From the NCBI GenBank assembly GCA_965218435.1, contig CBDCKW010000009.1:1024001-1088000 (forward strand): a stretch of DNA of 64,000 nucleotides, read 5' to 3'. The position numbers and the translations under genes are program-made. Below the pieces are notes generated by a model. The model made no database searches, was not told the origin of the DNA, and saw only the letters and a list, made by a program, of their open reading frames with translations. Within the stretch, counting starts at the first letter, position 1, and each line of letters starts with the position of its first letter. Positions 38,479-48,679 of the stretch are shown here, piece after piece. This stretch comes from Truepera sp. (lineage in GTDB: Bacteria > Deinococcota > Deinococci > Deinococcales > Trueperaceae).

Positions 38479-39702
38479 ATGACGACATCATCTTATACCG
38501 AGGGCCTAAAGACTTCTGCTGGTATTTCTGCTGAAGTGGCCTTGACGCGGCGTTTAGTTAAGACGTTTAGCCCTTCAGGGCGCGAGTCACCGGCGGCTGA
38601 GGTGCTCTTGGCAGCGTTTCGGCAAGAGGGGTTTAACGAGGCGTACCTAGACCCTGCCGGGAACGCGGTCGGCATTCTTTACGGCGGCAAAGGCCGAACC
38701 GGGCGCACGGTGATGCTGAACGGGCATATTGACACGGTGCCGCTCGGTGACGAACGTGAGTGGCCCCACCCGCCCTTATCGGGTGAACTCTCTGAGAGCA
38801 GGCTCTGGGGGCGCGGCGCGTGCGACATGAAGGCGGCGCTGGCGTGTATGCTCTACGCGGCCAAAGACGCCCAAGCCGAGCTGGACGGCACGGTCGTGAT
38901 TACCGGGGTAGTGCAAGAAGAGGTCGGTGGTCTCGGCGCACGTTATGTGGGCGAAACCATGCAAGCCGACGTGGTGATTCTGGGTGAACCGAGTAAACTC
39001 AAGCTGATGCTCGGGCACCGGGGGCGCGTCGAGGTTTTAGCGAGTCTACCCGGCAAGATCGCACACGCAGCAAAAAATGAACTCGGCGACAACGCGCTCT
39101 ACCGGGCAGGGCGGTTTTTAGCGGGGCTCGAGACCCTCCCTTTGCCCTCCGGCGGGCCGCTCGGGGGTTCGTCTCTAACCCCGACGAGTTTGACCTCATT
39201 CCCGCTGGACGGCAAAAATGTCGTCCCTGGGCGCGCCGAGCTGACGGTGGATTACCGCAACATCCCCGGTGATGAACCTGAAGAGATTTTGGCGCGGTTG
39301 GGTGGGCTCGAGTCTACTGCCACCCTCACCATCCCCGACGAACACGCCGTCAGCGAAAGTGGCGAAGTTTCCTACACCTTCCCGCGTATCGTGCCGGTTT
39401 ACGCCGCGCCGAGTGACCACCCGGACGTGGAGATAGCGCGGCAGACCCTTATGCAAGTCATGCAAGACGCCGGTCAACCTTTCGGTGAAGGTCACTGGTG
39501 GTTCGGTACCGACGCGCCGCATCTAGCAAAAACCACTGTTAAAACTGCGGGCGGCGGCGTGGTCATCGGCTTTGGCCCCGGTGAGGAAGAACTCGCGCAC
39601 ACGACGCGCGAAAGTGTTCCTTTAGACCATCTGCAGCTGGCTAGACAAGGTTACGCCGCCCTCCTCCGGGCTTATCTAGGGCACAAGGATAGTGGCGCGT
39701 GA
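38479..39702 (+). CDS. M20/M25/M40 metallo-hydrolase
   Basis: GHIDTV, GRGACDMK, QEE, GEPS, AH; ATG 38479 is 6 nt after TATAAT. Confidence 0.9.
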   Translation: MTTSSYTEGLKTSAGISAEVALTRRLVKTFSPSGRESPAAEVLLAAFRQEGFNEAYLDPAGNAVGILYGGKGRTGRTVMLNGHIDTVPLGDEREWPHPPLSGELSESRLWGRGACDMKAALACMLYAAKDAQAELDGTVVITGVVQEEVGGLGARYVGETMQADVVILGEPSKLKLMLGHRGRVEVLASLPGKIAHAAKNELGDNALYRAGRFLAGLETLPLPSGGPLGGSSLTPTSLTSFPLDGKNVVPGRAELTVDYRNIPGDEPEEILARLGGLESTATLTIPDEHAVSESGEVSYTFPRIVPVYAAPSDHPDVEIARQTLMQVMQDAGQPFGEGHWWFGTDAPHLAKTTVKTAGGGVVIGFGPGEEELAHTTRESVPLDHLQLARQGYAALLRAYLGHKDSGA

Positions 39703-40046
39703 AAGGCGACACGGTTAAAGGCAACACCGTAAGGCTTAACGGCGACCTCTGGACCGTCGTAGACGTAGCCCCGGCTGAACCCCTCGCTGAGATGGTGGCG
39801 ACAATTTTAGAAGAAGAGGGCTTCACAGTGGTTGTCCGAGTCGCGGCGGGGATGGCCGACGTGCTGACGCATCTGGGCGGCGTCAGCAGCGAAACGACCT
39901 TGGTGCTCGTCCCTGAAGGGCAGGCTGAAGCGGCGCTTGAACTTATCGCTGAAACGGTCACCGATTACGAAGGGGAAGAACTCGAGGCCCTCCTAGCCGA
40001 GGGTTTTGAAACCGAAGGTCTTGACGAGGATGCCGAAACCTCCTAG
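39699..40046 (+). CDS. Hypothetical acidic protein (DUF2007-like)
   Basis: AEMVATILEEEG...VLVPE..AEAALEL; GTGA coupling to upstream gene. Confidence 0.7.
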   Translation: MKGDTVKGNTVRLNGDLWTVVDVAPAEPLAEMVATILEEEGFTVVVRVAAGMADVLTHLGGVSSETTLVLVPEGQAEAALELIAETVTDYEGEELEALLAEGFETEGLDEDAETS

Positions 40047-40971
40047 TACGGAGCACCCTGTCCGGCCGCTGCCGCTGACGACCGCGCAGGGCGCGTGGCT
40101 GAGCCTCGTGCTCGCGGTCGTTGTGCTGGTCCTCAAAGGGGGCGCGTACACCGCGAGCGGGTCGGTGGCGCTTCTTTCAGACGCCGCCGAGTCTCTGGTC
40201 AACGTGGCGGCGGCCCTCGGCGTGATGGTCTCGCTCCGGGTTGCCCGGACGCCGCCCGACTATCTGCACCCTTACGGCCACAGCAAAGCCGAATACCTCT
40301 CCTCCGCCTTTGAAGGCACGCTCATTCTGGTTGCAGCGGTGGTCATCATTGTGACCTCGGGGCTCCGGTTGCTGAGCCCGCAACCGTTAGCAGAACCTTT
40401 CCTGGGTGCCGGTATCGCGCTCGCTGCGACCCTCCTTAACGGCGGCGGCGCGTTCTATCTGCAACGTCTGGCACGGCAAGCGGAGTCGGCGGCGCTCAGG
40501 GCGAACGCACGCCACCTCTGGACCGACGTGTGGACCTCGGTCGGTGTGGTCGTCGCGGTTGTGCTCGTGACGCTGACGGGCTGGCTCGTGCTCGACCCGA
40601 TCATCGGTCTGCTCGTCGGTCTCAATATCGTCCGTGAGGGCTGGTTGGTTGTCTCGGGTTCATTTTCGGATTTGCTCGACGCGCGTTTGCCCGAAGCCGA
40701 AGAGCGGCTGATTATGGACGCCCTCGAGAGTCGCCCCGAGGTACTGGGCTATCACCGGTTGCGGTCACGGCGCAGCGGCTCGGGTCGTTTTGCCGAGGTG
40801 GACATCTTTGTAGACCCGCTGATGAGCGTCGGCGCAGCGCACAAACTTGTGAGTGACCTCGAGGCCGCCCTGCAACGCTCCTTGCCGGGAATCGTCACCA
40901 CCGTTCACGTCGAACCTACCGAGGTCGGGGTACGTGAAGGCCCCAGAACGCCTCGAGACGAGTTTCGCTAA
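40030..40971 (+). CDS. Cation diffusion facilitator (FieF-like)
   Basis: SVALLSDAAES, HPYGHSKAEY, HLWTD, HRLRSR, HVEP. Confidence 0.93.
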   Translation: MPKPPSTEHPVRPLPLTTAQGAWLSLVLAVVVLVLKGGAYTASGSVALLSDAAESLVNVAAALGVMVSLRVARTPPDYLHPYGHSKAEYLSSAFEGTLILVAAVVIIVTSGLRLLSPQPLAEPFLGAGIALAATLLNGGGAFYLQRLARQAESAALRANARHLWTDVWTSVGVVVAVVLVTLTGWLVLDPIIGLLVGLNIVREGWLVVSGSFSDLLDARLPEAEERLIMDALESRPEVLGYHRLRSRRSGSGRFAEVDIFVDPLMSVGAAHKLVSDLEAALQRSLPGIVTTVHVEPTEVGVREGPRTPRDEFR

Positions 40972-40996
40972 GTTAGGGTGCGCTTGGCTGAGGGGT

Positions 40997-41052
40997 AAGA
41001 CGTAGGGCTCAGAGCGTAAGAAGTAGAATTGAGAATATAGAACACAGAATGG
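40997..41052 (+). repeat. Degenerate 7-nt tandem repeat (AGAANNN)
   Basis: aagacgt agggctc agagcgt aagaagt agaattg agaatat agaacac agaatgg. Confidence 0.7.
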
Positions 41053-41104
41053 AGGCGTTACTCTCTGAACGTTCAGTCTATAGATACGCTTAGCACCTCG
41101 AGAC

Positions 41105-41662
41105 CTAACGTTTCGACACCGAGCGGCTTTCCGCGTCGTAAAACCGTAGCGGCGCATCTTTCCAGGCTCCGGCATAATCAACGCCGATACGGGTCGTGGT
41201 GACGATGTGCTCCGGCGGTGGCCCGTCGCTCAGCGTTAGCGGTCTTTGGGTCAGGTCGTGGCGGTTGTAGTCTCGGGTCAGCCCTAAAGCCCGCGTCAGT
41301 TTGCCGGGGCCGTCGGTTTTACCCGTAAGGTTTGCCAGCGGTTCACCGGCGCGGATGAGCACCCCCTGTGCGTCCTCTGCAGCTCCCGTAATCACGTTTA
41401 GAAGCTCGTACACGCCGTAAATCAGGTAGAGGTAAGCGCGTCCCGGTGGGCCGAACATCACTTCAGTCCGGGCGGTGCGGCCCTTGGCAGCGTGACAGGC
41501 GAGGTCGTGCGTGCCGACGTAGGCTTCCGTCTCGACGATGCGGAGGCGTTTATCTTCAAAAACGAGCACCTTACCGAGCAACGCTTTGGCGACGGTTTCG
41601 GCGTCTCGAGCGTAAAACGAGGTTGGGAGTACGCTGAGTAGTACAGGGTTGGGCGCGTTCAC
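41105..41662 (-). CDS. mpg: DNA-3-methyladenine glycosylase (MPG/AAG family)
   Basis: RIVETEAY, YLYLIYG, VLIRA, GPGKL, RIGV, LRFY. Confidence 0.93.
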   Translation of the reverse strand: MNAPNPVLLSVLPTSFYARDAETVAKALLGKVLVFEDKRLRIVETEAYVGTHDLACHAAKGRTARTEVMFGPPGRAYLYLIYGVYELLNVITGAAEDAQGVLIRAGEPLANLTGKTDGPGKLTRALGLTRDYNRHDLTQRPLTLSDGPPPEHIVTTTRIGVDYAGAWKDAPLRFYDAESRSVSKR

Positions 41663-41690
41663 CCTGTTAGCTTACCCATATAGTACAGAC

Positions 41691-42311
41691 ATGGATACCG
41701 ACGTCACGAACGCCTCAACCAGCACTGACGAGCCTACTGTAAAGATCGCCGTACTGCTCTATAACGGCGTCGCCGACCTCGACGCGCTGGGTGTGTACAG
41801 CGTGCTGGGCGCAGCCAAAACCGTTTCGCCCGAAGATATAGAGCTTTACACCGTGGCCCGTTCCCGGATGTCGGTGACGACGGCGGGCGGCCTCGTCGTC
41901 ACGCCGCACTGGGCCTTTATGAGTGCGCCGCCGCCGGACGTACTGATTTTGCCGGGTGGCGACGTGGATACCGTCAAAAAAGACCGGGCGGTGATGGTGT
42001 ATCTGACCGAGCACGCGCCGAAGGTGCGCATCTGCGTAGCGGTTGGGACGGGCGCGTTTTTGTTGGGCGAGCTGGGCTTGGTCCGTGATATGGACGCGAC
42101 GACGTGGGCCGGGGCGTTGGAACGGCTCCGCGACTACGACGTTGGTGAAATCATCAATGTGCCGGTTGTTAAAAATCAGCTCGAGCACGGGAGCCGCTGG
42201 TTCGCTGGTGGCGGCGAGAAGAGTTTAACGGCTGGGTTGGAGCTTCTTAAAGAGCTGTTTGGGTCGGACGTAGCCAAAGCGGTGGGGGAGAGGCTCGAGC
42301 TTACCCCTTAA
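41691..42311 (+). CDS. DJ-1/PfpI family protein
   Basis: IAVLLYNG, DVLILPGG, AVGTGAFLL, ATT; ATG 41691 is 6 nt after TATAGT. Confidence 0.85.
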   Translation: MDTDVTNASTSTDEPTVKIAVLLYNGVADLDALGVYSVLGAAKTVSPEDIELYTVARSRMSVTTAGGLVVTPHWAFMSAPPPDVLILPGGDVDTVKKDRAVMVYLTEHAPKVRICVAVGTGAFLLGELGLVRDMDATTWAGALERLRDYDVGEIINVPVVKNQLEHGSRWFAGGGEKSLTAGLELLKELFGSDVAKAVGERLELTP

Positions 42312-42641
42312 CCTGACGACCTATGGCAACGACTTACAGTCCTAAACCACGTTTAAGGGCGCTGGTCCAGGCTCGAGTAAAGTTTTAGCTTACGGTCGTC
42401 TCTTTTACCCTCATATCACCTCATCTCAAAGGCGTGATGCACCGGGGTACACACGTAGTTCGGTGGGTACACCGGCCCGTATAAGACAGTGCGTGTACGT
42501 TAAAGACTCGTCAGCCCCGACTGCAATAAAGGTTGGGGGTAACCCTACGGCCTTGCAGTAGAACGGCCTTTTGGGTCGGTATAAGAACTGCCGGTGACGA
42601 CGCTCTAAAAGCTATATGGTAGAGCGTGAAAGAGGTGGCCG

Positions 42642-44021
42642 GTGTACTTTGAACGTGTCTATGACGCAGGGCTTGCCCAGGCGAGTTATCTCGTCGGGTG
42701 TCAGCAAGCGGGTACGGCTATCGTCGTTGACCCGCGCCGCGATGTCGGCATTTACTTGGAGCTTGCCGAAAAAAACGGCCTGTGTATCACTGCCGTCACC
42801 GAAACGCATATCCACGCGGATTATCTGAGCGGAGCGCGTGAGCTAGCCGAGCAAACGGGCGCGGCGCTCTATTTAAGTGATGAAGGCGGGGACTGGTCTT
42901 ACGACTTTCCCCACGAAGGGTTGCGTCACGGCAGTAAGCTGGGGCTCGGCAACGTCGCCTTAAAAGCACTGCACACCCCCGGTCACACCCCGGAACATCT
43001 CAGCTTTTTGATCGCTGACGGCGCACGTACCGCTGAACCCGTCCTGCTCTTAACCGGCGATTTTGTCTTCGTCGGTGATTTGGGGCGACCCGACCTGTTA
43101 GACGCAGCAGCGGGCGGCACTGATACGCGGTTCGCGGGCGCACAAGCGTTATTTAGAAGCCTAAAAGACACCTTTTTAACGCTGCCCGATTTTGTTCAGG
43201 TGTGGCCCGGGCACGGCAGCGGTAGCGCGTGCGGCAAGGCGCTCGGCGCGGTTGCGAGTACCACCGTCGGCTATGAGCGCCGTTTTGCTTGGTGGTCGCG
43301 TTATCTGGCAGATGGCGATAAAGAAGGTTTTACGCGAGAACTGCTCAGCGGTCAACCTGACGCGCCCAGCTATTTCGGGCGGCTGAAACGTCAGAATAAG
43401 GCGGGTCCGGCTCCTGTCCCGGTTGGAAAGCTAAGGCGACTGGAGCCTCGAGACCTCACCGGAAAACTCCTGCTTGATACCCGTTCACGCGAGGCGTATC
43501 ACTTAGGGTCACTGCCTGACGCGCTCAACCTCACTTCGGGTCAAACCTTTGAAACGTGGGCAGGCTGGCTGCTCGACCCGGAACTCGAGTCGCGTCCACT
43601 CGTCTTACTCGCTGAGAATGCGTCAGCAGCTCAAACGCTACGCGAAAGGCTTTGGCGCGTCGGGCTTGACAACATAGTGGGGTATCTGACGAGTTTAGCG
43701 GGTTTGCCCGTGCAAGCGGCTCCACTGCTCAACCCTGCCGAATTCGACGCCCTGCCGGATAAATTCGTGCTCGATGTGCGGACGCACGCCGAATACACCG
43801 CCGGTCACATCCCCGGTGCGACGCTTGTCTATGCCGGACGACTACCGGGGCAACTCTCCAGCTTGCCCAAAGACGTTCCTGTCGTCGTTCACTGTCAGTC
43901 GGGCGCACGTTCCCCCGGCGCGGCGAGCTTGCTCCGGGCCAACGGCTTTACAAATATCCTCGAGCTGGCCGGAGGGTACTCGAGCTGGCAACGTGCTCAG
44001 ATAGCAAAGCAACCTATGTGA
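42642..44021 (+). CDS. MBL-fold persulfide dioxygenase with two rhodanese domains (CstB-like)
   Basis: ETHIHADY, HTPGHTPEH, TGD..GRPDL, PGHGSGSACGK, HCQSGARS. Confidence 0.9.
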   Translation: MYFERVYDAGLAQASYLVGCQQAGTAIVVDPRRDVGIYLELAEKNGLCITAVTETHIHADYLSGARELAEQTGAALYLSDEGGDWSYDFPHEGLRHGSKLGLGNVALKALHTPGHTPEHLSFLIADGARTAEPVLLLTGDFVFVGDLGRPDLLDAAAGGTDTRFAGAQALFRSLKDTFLTLPDFVQVWPGHGSGSACGKALGAVASTTVGYERRFAWWSRYLADGDKEGFTRELLSGQPDAPSYFGRLKRQNKAGPAPVPVGKLRRLEPRDLTGKLLLDTRSREAYHLGSLPDALNLTSGQTFETWAGWLLDPELESRPLVLLAENASAAQTLRERLWRVGLDNIVGYLTSLAGLPVQAAPLLNPAEFDALPDKFVLDVRTHAEYTAGHIPGATLVYAGRLPGQLSSLPKDVPVVVHCQSGARSPGAASLLRANGFTNILELAGGYSSWQRAQIAKQPM

Positions 44022-44120
44022 CCTTTTTGGCGCTCGCCTCACGCTGCTGGCGTCTGCTGGGGTCAATGGGTTAACGCTTGGTTACATCGGAGCGGCGGGA
44101 GCAGCTTGTACCGTACCGCG
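44018..44120 (+). pseudogene. Possible remnant of a TauE/SafE sulfite exporter 5' end
   Basis: 44068-44118 encodes GLTLGYIGAAGAACTVP, like TauE 'GLxLGLLGGGGSILTVP'; GTG overlapping the upstream stop is out of frame. Confidence 0.35.
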
Positions 44121-44210
44121 TCGCTCTCTTTTTGCTCGAGACCTGGCTTTGCTGTATGTCGCAAACCGGCGCGCTGGAAACCAACGTGCTGCCAACCAAA
44201 TTACCTCACT

Positions 44211-44234
44211 AAAAAACCCTCCCAAACGGGAAGG
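44211..44234 (-). terminator. Intrinsic terminator of the general stress protein gene
   Basis: CCTTCCC-gttt-GGGAGGG then T6 on minus strand. Confidence 0.65.
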
Positions 44235-44264
44235 CATAGTTGCTTACAGCGGCTGAGCTTACGA

Positions 44265-44750
44265 CTACGGCTCGACGACGCCGTGATCCGTGCCGGTATA
44301 GGTCTCGTTAGTTACAGCAGCTTTGGCCATGCCGAAAAGCTGACCCATCTTGCTGTGGTTGTCGTCCCAGTATTCAGCGCCGGAGACGGTGATCCGTAAA
44401 AGCGCCAGGTGTGGGTCGTCTCGCCCACCGTTGAACCAAGCTTTAAGCGCTGGGTTCCACAGCTCATCCATCTTGGCCGAGTCTTTGGTGAGTTCGGCTT
44501 TGCCCGAGACCGATACAAAGAGGCTGTCTTTAGGTTCTGCGTACGCGAGGTTTACATCACGCTCTCGCTTGATTTCATCAACTTTACCTGAGTCGTCGGC
44601 GGTAAAAAACCACAGCTCGCCGCTGAACTCGGCCTGCTGCGTATACATCGGGCGGCTCCTCAAATTGCCGTCATCTTCTACGGTTGTGAGCATCGCCACC
44701 CGGACGTCTTTAATTTTGTCCCACAATTGTTGTTCGTTTTGGTCGCTCAT
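44265..44750 (-). CDS. Pyridoxamine 5'-phosphate oxidase-like general stress protein
   Basis: AMLTT, SRPM, LWFFT, VSVSG, W..AWF..G.DDP, AEYWD. Confidence 0.9.
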   Translation of the reverse strand: MSDQNEQQLWDKIKDVRVAMLTTVEDDGNLRSRPMYTQQAEFSGELWFFTADDSGKVDEIKRERDVNLAYAEPKDSLFVSVSGKAELTKDSAKMDELWNPALKAWFNGGRDDPHLALLRITVSGAEYWDDNHSKMGQLFGMAKAAVTNETYTGTDHGVVEP

Positions 44751-44827
44751 ACGCTCGTTATAACGTGTGGGCCGAGCGGTTTCTGCAAGCTGGGCTTGAC
44801 TTGGCGTAGAGATAGGGGAGAGAACGG

Positions 44828-45250
44828 CTACTCGAGCCCCGTCTGCTCACGGACTTGCCGCTTCAAGCGACCCATAATCGCCGTCATCCCGCGCAAGCGT
44901 AAGGGTGAAATCACCTCGCCGAGTTTGAGGTCCTCGTAAAAGTTGTCGGGCGTGGCCAGCACCTCGTCCGGGCTGAGACCGTCCAAACCTGCGGACAAAA
45001 CCCCGGCGAAGCCGCGCGTGGTGGGCGCTTCAGGAGGCGCGTCGAAAAAGAAATGGACGTGGTTGTCGTCAATTTCGGTGGCAACGAAAAAGGGCGTTTG
45101 GCACTCGTGGACGCGCTCGAGGTCTTGACCCTCGAAACTCTCGGGCAGGGGCGGAACTTTTTTAGAATACTCGAGCAGCAGCTGGAGCCGAAGCTGTTTG
45201 GGGGCGCTCTGAAACGTGTTGACGATCGTTTGAAGTTTTTCGGGAACCAT
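44828..45250 (-). CDS. sufE: SufE family sulfur-acceptor protein
   Basis: LLLEY, RVHECQTP, EAPTTRGFA, SPLRLRG. Confidence 0.9.
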   Translation of the reverse strand: MVPEKLQTIVNTFQSAPKQLRLQLLLEYSKKVPPLPESFEGQDLERVHECQTPFFVATEIDDNHVHFFFDAPPEAPTTRGFAGVLSAGLDGLSPDEVLATPDNFYEDLKLGEVISPLRLRGMTAIMGRLKRQVREQTGLE

Positions 45251-45427
45251 TTTTCTACTATAGAACCGCCTTTATCCGGTGAACGTACCTGAACTGACGT
45301 GCCGGTTCCTGTGCGCAAACTTCGCCCTGGGATGCCCGTCTAACCACCCGTGGATACTCGAGGTGCCCTGCTTGTAGCAAACCTTAGGGGTCATCCTCGT
45401 ACAAGGCGAGTGTTATTCTGAGCCCAT

Positions 45428-46708
45428 ATGCAAGCTTTTCCGGACGCTCTCCCGATCTCTCCTAAACCTCCCGTAGACGCCTCGCTCCGCGTTCCCGGTT
45501 CTAAAAGTCTGACCAACCGGGCGCTCACCATCGCCGCCTTAGCCGACGGCGTTTCGACCCTAAGCGGTTGCTTGGTCGCTGAAGACAGCGAGGTGATGAT
45601 CGCGGCGCTGCGGACGCTTGGGCTGAAGGTCACGCAGCGTGGCACCACCGTGACTATTGCCGGACAGGGCGGCACCATACCGGCGACGGCGGCGCAGCTC
45701 GAGCTGCGGCTGTCGGGCACTTCGGTTCGTTTCTTGACGGCGCTCGTCGCTCTCGGACAGGGCCGCTACACGCTGGACGGCAACGAGCGGATGCGCGAAC
45801 GGCCGATTCAAGACCTGCTGAACACGCTCGCAAAGCTAGGGGTCCGGGCTGAAACCGCGTTTAAAACAGGCTGCCCGCCGGTCATCGTCGAGGCTGCCGG
45901 GCTCCGGGGCGGCGCAGCGGAAGTTTCTGGCAGCAGTTCGTCGCAGTATCTCTCAGCTCTGTTAATGGCGGCTCCTTACGCGGCGGAACCCGTGACGCTT
46001 GCGGTGACCGGCGAGTTGCAGTCGAAGCCTTTTATTGACATGACTTTGGCGCTGATGGCAGATTTTGGCGTCACGGTTCAGAGAGACGGCTACGTGCGCT
46101 TTACCGTCCTGACCGGCGTCTACCGGGCACGCACCTTTGAGGTTGAAGGGGACGCGATGGCGGCGGGTTATTTGTGGGCGGCAGCGGCGATTACCGGTGG
46201 GCGGGTCCGGGTCGAAAATGTCGGTTCACGTTCAGTCCAGGGGGATAAGCGGCTGGCGGATGTGCTTGCTCAGATGGGTTGTAAGGTCAGCTGGACGGAC
46301 GAAAGCTGTGAAGTCGTCGCACCTGAGACGTTGCGCGGCGGTACCTTTGACCTCAACGATATGAGCGATCAGGCGCAGACGCTGGCCGTCGTTGCGCTTT
46401 TTGCCGACAGTCCGACGCGGATTGAAAATATCTGGAACTTGCGGATCAAAGAGACCGACCGCTTAAGCGCCCTTTACAGTGAGCTGAGCAAGCTCGGCGC
46501 ACGCGTTGAAGAAGGCCGCGATTTTTTGGTAGTTCACCCACTTTCCGCTAAAGCAGCAAAACCTGCTGAAATCGAAACGTATGGGGATCACCGGATGGCG
46601 ATGGCGTTTGCTCTGGCAGGTCTGCGTCTGCCCGGTGTCGTGATTCAAGACCCGGCGTGCGTCACCAAGACGTTTCCTGACTACTTTCAGGTTTTGGCGG
46701 CGCTGTGA
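45428..46708 (+). CDS. aroA: EPSP synthase
   Basis: PGSKSLTNR, RMRERP, SSQYLS, RIKETDR, DHRMAM, KTFP. Confidence 0.97.
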   Translation: MQAFPDALPISPKPPVDASLRVPGSKSLTNRALTIAALADGVSTLSGCLVAEDSEVMIAALRTLGLKVTQRGTTVTIAGQGGTIPATAAQLELRLSGTSVRFLTALVALGQGRYTLDGNERMRERPIQDLLNTLAKLGVRAETAFKTGCPPVIVEAAGLRGGAAEVSGSSSSQYLSALLMAAPYAAEPVTLAVTGELQSKPFIDMTLALMADFGVTVQRDGYVRFTVLTGVYRARTFEVEGDAMAAGYLWAAAAITGGRVRVENVGSRSVQGDKRLADVLAQMGCKVSWTDESCEVVAPETLRGGTFDLNDMSDQAQTLAVVALFADSPTRIENIWNLRIKETDRLSALYSELSKLGARVEEGRDFLVVHPLSAKAAKPAEIETYGDHRMAMAFALAGLRLPGVVIQDPACVTKTFPDYFQVLAAL

Positions 46709-47406
46709 CAGTAGCGTTTCGAATGCCCTCTATGATAGAGCTTGTGAAAGGGTCTGAACCTGACGGCGCTGTAAATGCGATTACCCTGGACGGCCCCGCC
46801 GCGTCGGGTAAATCGAGCGTGGCGCGGCTCGTCGCTGAGGCGCTGGGGGTGCCGTACGTCTCGAGCGGCCTGCTGTACCGGGCGGCGACCTATCTGGCCC
46901 AAGCGGGCGACGTTTCGCTCACTGACGAAGGGGCGCTCACCGGGCTGCTCGGCGGCGTGCAAGTCGGGCTCGAGACTCGCGTGGGCCTCCCTAACCGCGT
47001 CAGCGTAAACGGCGCGCTCCTAGGGGAAAGCCTGCTGCACACCGATACGGTAGATGCGGGCGTCTCGGCAGTCGCGCGGCACCCGCGCGTACGCGCCTGG
47101 GTAGACGCGCGGCTCCGCGAACTTACGGGAACGTTTGTGGTCGAAGGGCGCGACATGGGAACCGCCGTATTTCCGAACGCGGCGCACAAGTTTTACCTCG
47201 ACGCGCCCGCCGAAGTGCGGGCCGCGCGGCGCACGGGGGAGCGTCACGCCGACCTCGAGGCTGTGGCGGCGGCGCTGAGACGCCGCGACGCGCTCGACGC
47301 CGCGCAGCTGCGGCCAGCAAGGGACGCACGCCATATCAATACGGGTGCGCTTTCTCTGGCCGGGGTGGTTGAGGAAGTGTTGTGGGCACTTGGAGTCGAA
47401 GGTTAA
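46705..47406 (+). CDS. cmk: Cytidylate kinase (start uncertain)
   Basis: DGPAASGKSS, SGLLYRA, EGRDMGTAVFP, RD..D. Confidence 0.94.
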   Translation: MTVAFRMPSMIELVKGSEPDGAVNAITLDGPAASGKSSVARLVAEALGVPYVSSGLLYRAATYLAQAGDVSLTDEGALTGLLGGVQVGLETRVGLPNRVSVNGALLGESLLHTDTVDAGVSAVARHPRVRAWVDARLRELTGTFVVEGRDMGTAVFPNAAHKFYLDAPAEVRAARRTGERHADLEAVAAALRRRDALDAAQLRPARDARHINTGALSLAGVVEEVLWALGVEG

Positions 47407-48302
47407 TGGCCGAATTTTCTCTGAGCGCACGCGAGCTCAGGCGTGTCATCGTCACGAGCAGCCGTTACAAACCGCAAGCACACGACCTGGTGGCGGAGAC
47501 GGCGGCGCAGCTCAGGGACCTGGGCGCAGCTGTGACCGAGGACCCGGACGGGGCGCTTCATTTAGCCGACCTCGAGGCCGACCTGGTGATCTGTATCGGC
47601 GGCGACGGGTCGCTCCTCTCGACCGCCCGCCGTTTGGTCGGCAACTGCACCCCGACGCTCGGCGTCAACCTCGGGAAGCTCGGCTTTTTGGCGGAGCACA
47701 GTGTCGCCGATTTGCGGTCGTATCTGGCCGGTGAAGACGTTCACGGCTGGCAGCTCAACCCCAAAATGATGCTCCAAGCAACCATTCAACCGGATACGGA
47801 CGAGACCACCTCAGGGGACGCCGCGAACGTTCATACTTACTACGCGCTCAACGAAGTAACGATCTCTCAAGGGGTCATTACCCGGCTGATTCATATTGAT
47901 ATGGACGTAAACGGGGCGCACGCGTCGCAGTACCGCGCCGACGGCCTGATCATCTCGACGCCGGTCGGCTCAACCTCGTATTCGCTCTCGCTCGGCGGCC
48001 CGATTTTGAGCCAAGGGCTCCGGGCTTTTGTCGTGACGCCGAACGCGCCGCACGCGCTGACCAACCGTGCGGTTGTGCTCGAGGGTTCGTCTAAGGTGGG
48101 GTTCAGAGTATCCGGCCCGGTTGATGAACTCGCGCTCGTCGTTGATTCGCATGAACGCTACCCCCTCCGCCCCGGTGACCGCTTTACCGTGTGCGCCGCG
48201 CCCACGGACTTTATGCTGATTTCGTCGGGGAAACGCAGCTACTTCGATATCTTGCGGACCAAACTGGGGTGGGGCAGTTCGCCGGGACTACGCGAAATCT
48301 AA
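47406..48302 (+). CDS. nadK: NAD kinase
   Basis: GGDG, GKLGFL, ALNE, DGLIISTPVGSTSYSLSLGG; TAATG coupling with cmk. Confidence 0.94.
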   Translation: MAEFSLSARELRRVIVTSSRYKPQAHDLVAETAAQLRDLGAAVTEDPDGALHLADLEADLVICIGGDGSLLSTARRLVGNCTPTLGVNLGKLGFLAEHSVADLRSYLAGEDVHGWQLNPKMMLQATIQPDTDETTSGDAANVHTYYALNEVTISQGVITRLIHIDMDVNGAHASQYRADGLIISTPVGSTSYSLSLGGPILSQGLRAFVVTPNAPHALTNRAVVLEGSSKVGFRVSGPVDELALVVDSHERYPLRPGDRFTVCAAPTDFMLISSGKRSYFDILRTKLGWGSSPGLREI

Positions 48303-48679
48303 GGGTCAGCTTAGGTTTGTTGGTGTGACGAATAAAAAGTCAGAAACTGGTAGCTCGAGCAAAAGAAAGTGCCTCGCGCACTCAAAACGTGACGGCAAAA
48401 ATGGAGCTGACAAGGTTGCTCAGGCTACCGTAAAACTGCGTAAAACGTCGTTCTTTATAGATGTTATTTGACTATCGCTGTCCAACACGTGCTTTCTTGG
48501 AGCGTCACAGTGAGTGTCACAATATTTGTAACAGCTTTGGCTTCTGTCTAAAACCTGTCTAGAATTTGTCTAAATCTGTTCAGCTGAACCGCCGATCACT
48601 CGGCTGACGGCGCAGCAAAACTGCGTTAAACGTGGTGCGGCTTGCTGAGTTTATACAGCAAAAGCGTCAGGCTACGGTC

